From: Mobula hypostoma
Lineage: Eukaryota
Direction: 5' to 3'
Length of the DNA: 64,000 bases
Assembly (NCBI RefSeq): GCF_963921235.1
Contig: NC_086109.1
Location: 4,900,001-4,964,000, forward strand
Shown here: piece by piece, positions 63,660 to 64,000 of the stretch
Numbering within the stretch: position 1 is the stretch's first letter
How the letters are laid out: the number at the start of each line of letters is the position of its first letter
Translations under genes and position numbers: made by a program
Notes under the pieces: generated by a model
The model's input: the letters and a program-made list of their open reading frames with translations, nothing else
Databases searched by the model: none
Told to the model about the DNA's origin: nothing

Positions 63660-64000
63660 TGATCTTTGATACGAGACCGTCCCACATTCAGCAGATTCCC
63701 TGCTTGTGACAGGACAGGGTCCGCCCGTCCCAGCCTCCGCAGTGCCTCTCCCCGGGTGATCCCGGTTATACCCATCGAAGCTCCGGAAACCTCGGGAGCC
63801 CTTTTACACGCTGAATGGAGAGCTCCGCAGGGTAGAATCGGGCGTGGCTTCATCTTCACCAATAGGAGCAATGGGAAAGATATAGGTCCATCTGATTGGC
63901 TGAGGGGAGGGCGCCCGCACCTGTTTGAGGGTGGATTCTGTCAAGGCAACAGGTAAGAGACTCGCTATCTGATTGGTTTGTTGTGAAGAAGGACGAGGAG
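63660..64000 (+). promoter_or_regulatory. Start of a second CpG-rich promoter (unidentified downstream gene), with a probable first-exon donor
   Basis: CpG-rich. GGGCGTGGC Sp/KLF site at about 63840; CCAAT 63859-63863; ATTGG 63895-63899 and 63972-63976; CAG|GTAAGA donor at 63953. Confidence 0.6.

Overview
Repeat-rich vertebrate genomic DNA, probably from a cartilaginous fish such as a ray (inferred from the mix of V-SINE, CR1, Rex/Babar and Penelope repeats and a fish-like YOD1 protein). Two host genes sit head-to-head around a CpG-island promoter at about 31.1-31.7 kb. PFKFB2 is on the minus strand: three firm coding exons (12575-12700, 6223-6319, 96-162, one with a GC donor) plus a candidate first exon at 31366-31387, and the gene runs off the left edge. 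YOD1 (OTU deubiquitinase, 303 aa) is on the plus strand at 38668-38875 and 41253-41956. A second CCAAT/GC promoter begins at the right edge. The rest is mostly transposon-derived. The most striking non-gene signal is a Neptune-type Penelope-like element (PLE) family. Its 3' end carries a minimal hammerhead-ribozyme motif, present in more than 10 degenerate copies. It has repeatedly inserted as fold-back (inverted) units of about 0.17-2.5 kb bounded by 10-13 bp target-site duplications (TSDs). All coordinates were read by eye, and TE boundaries without TSDs are approximate.
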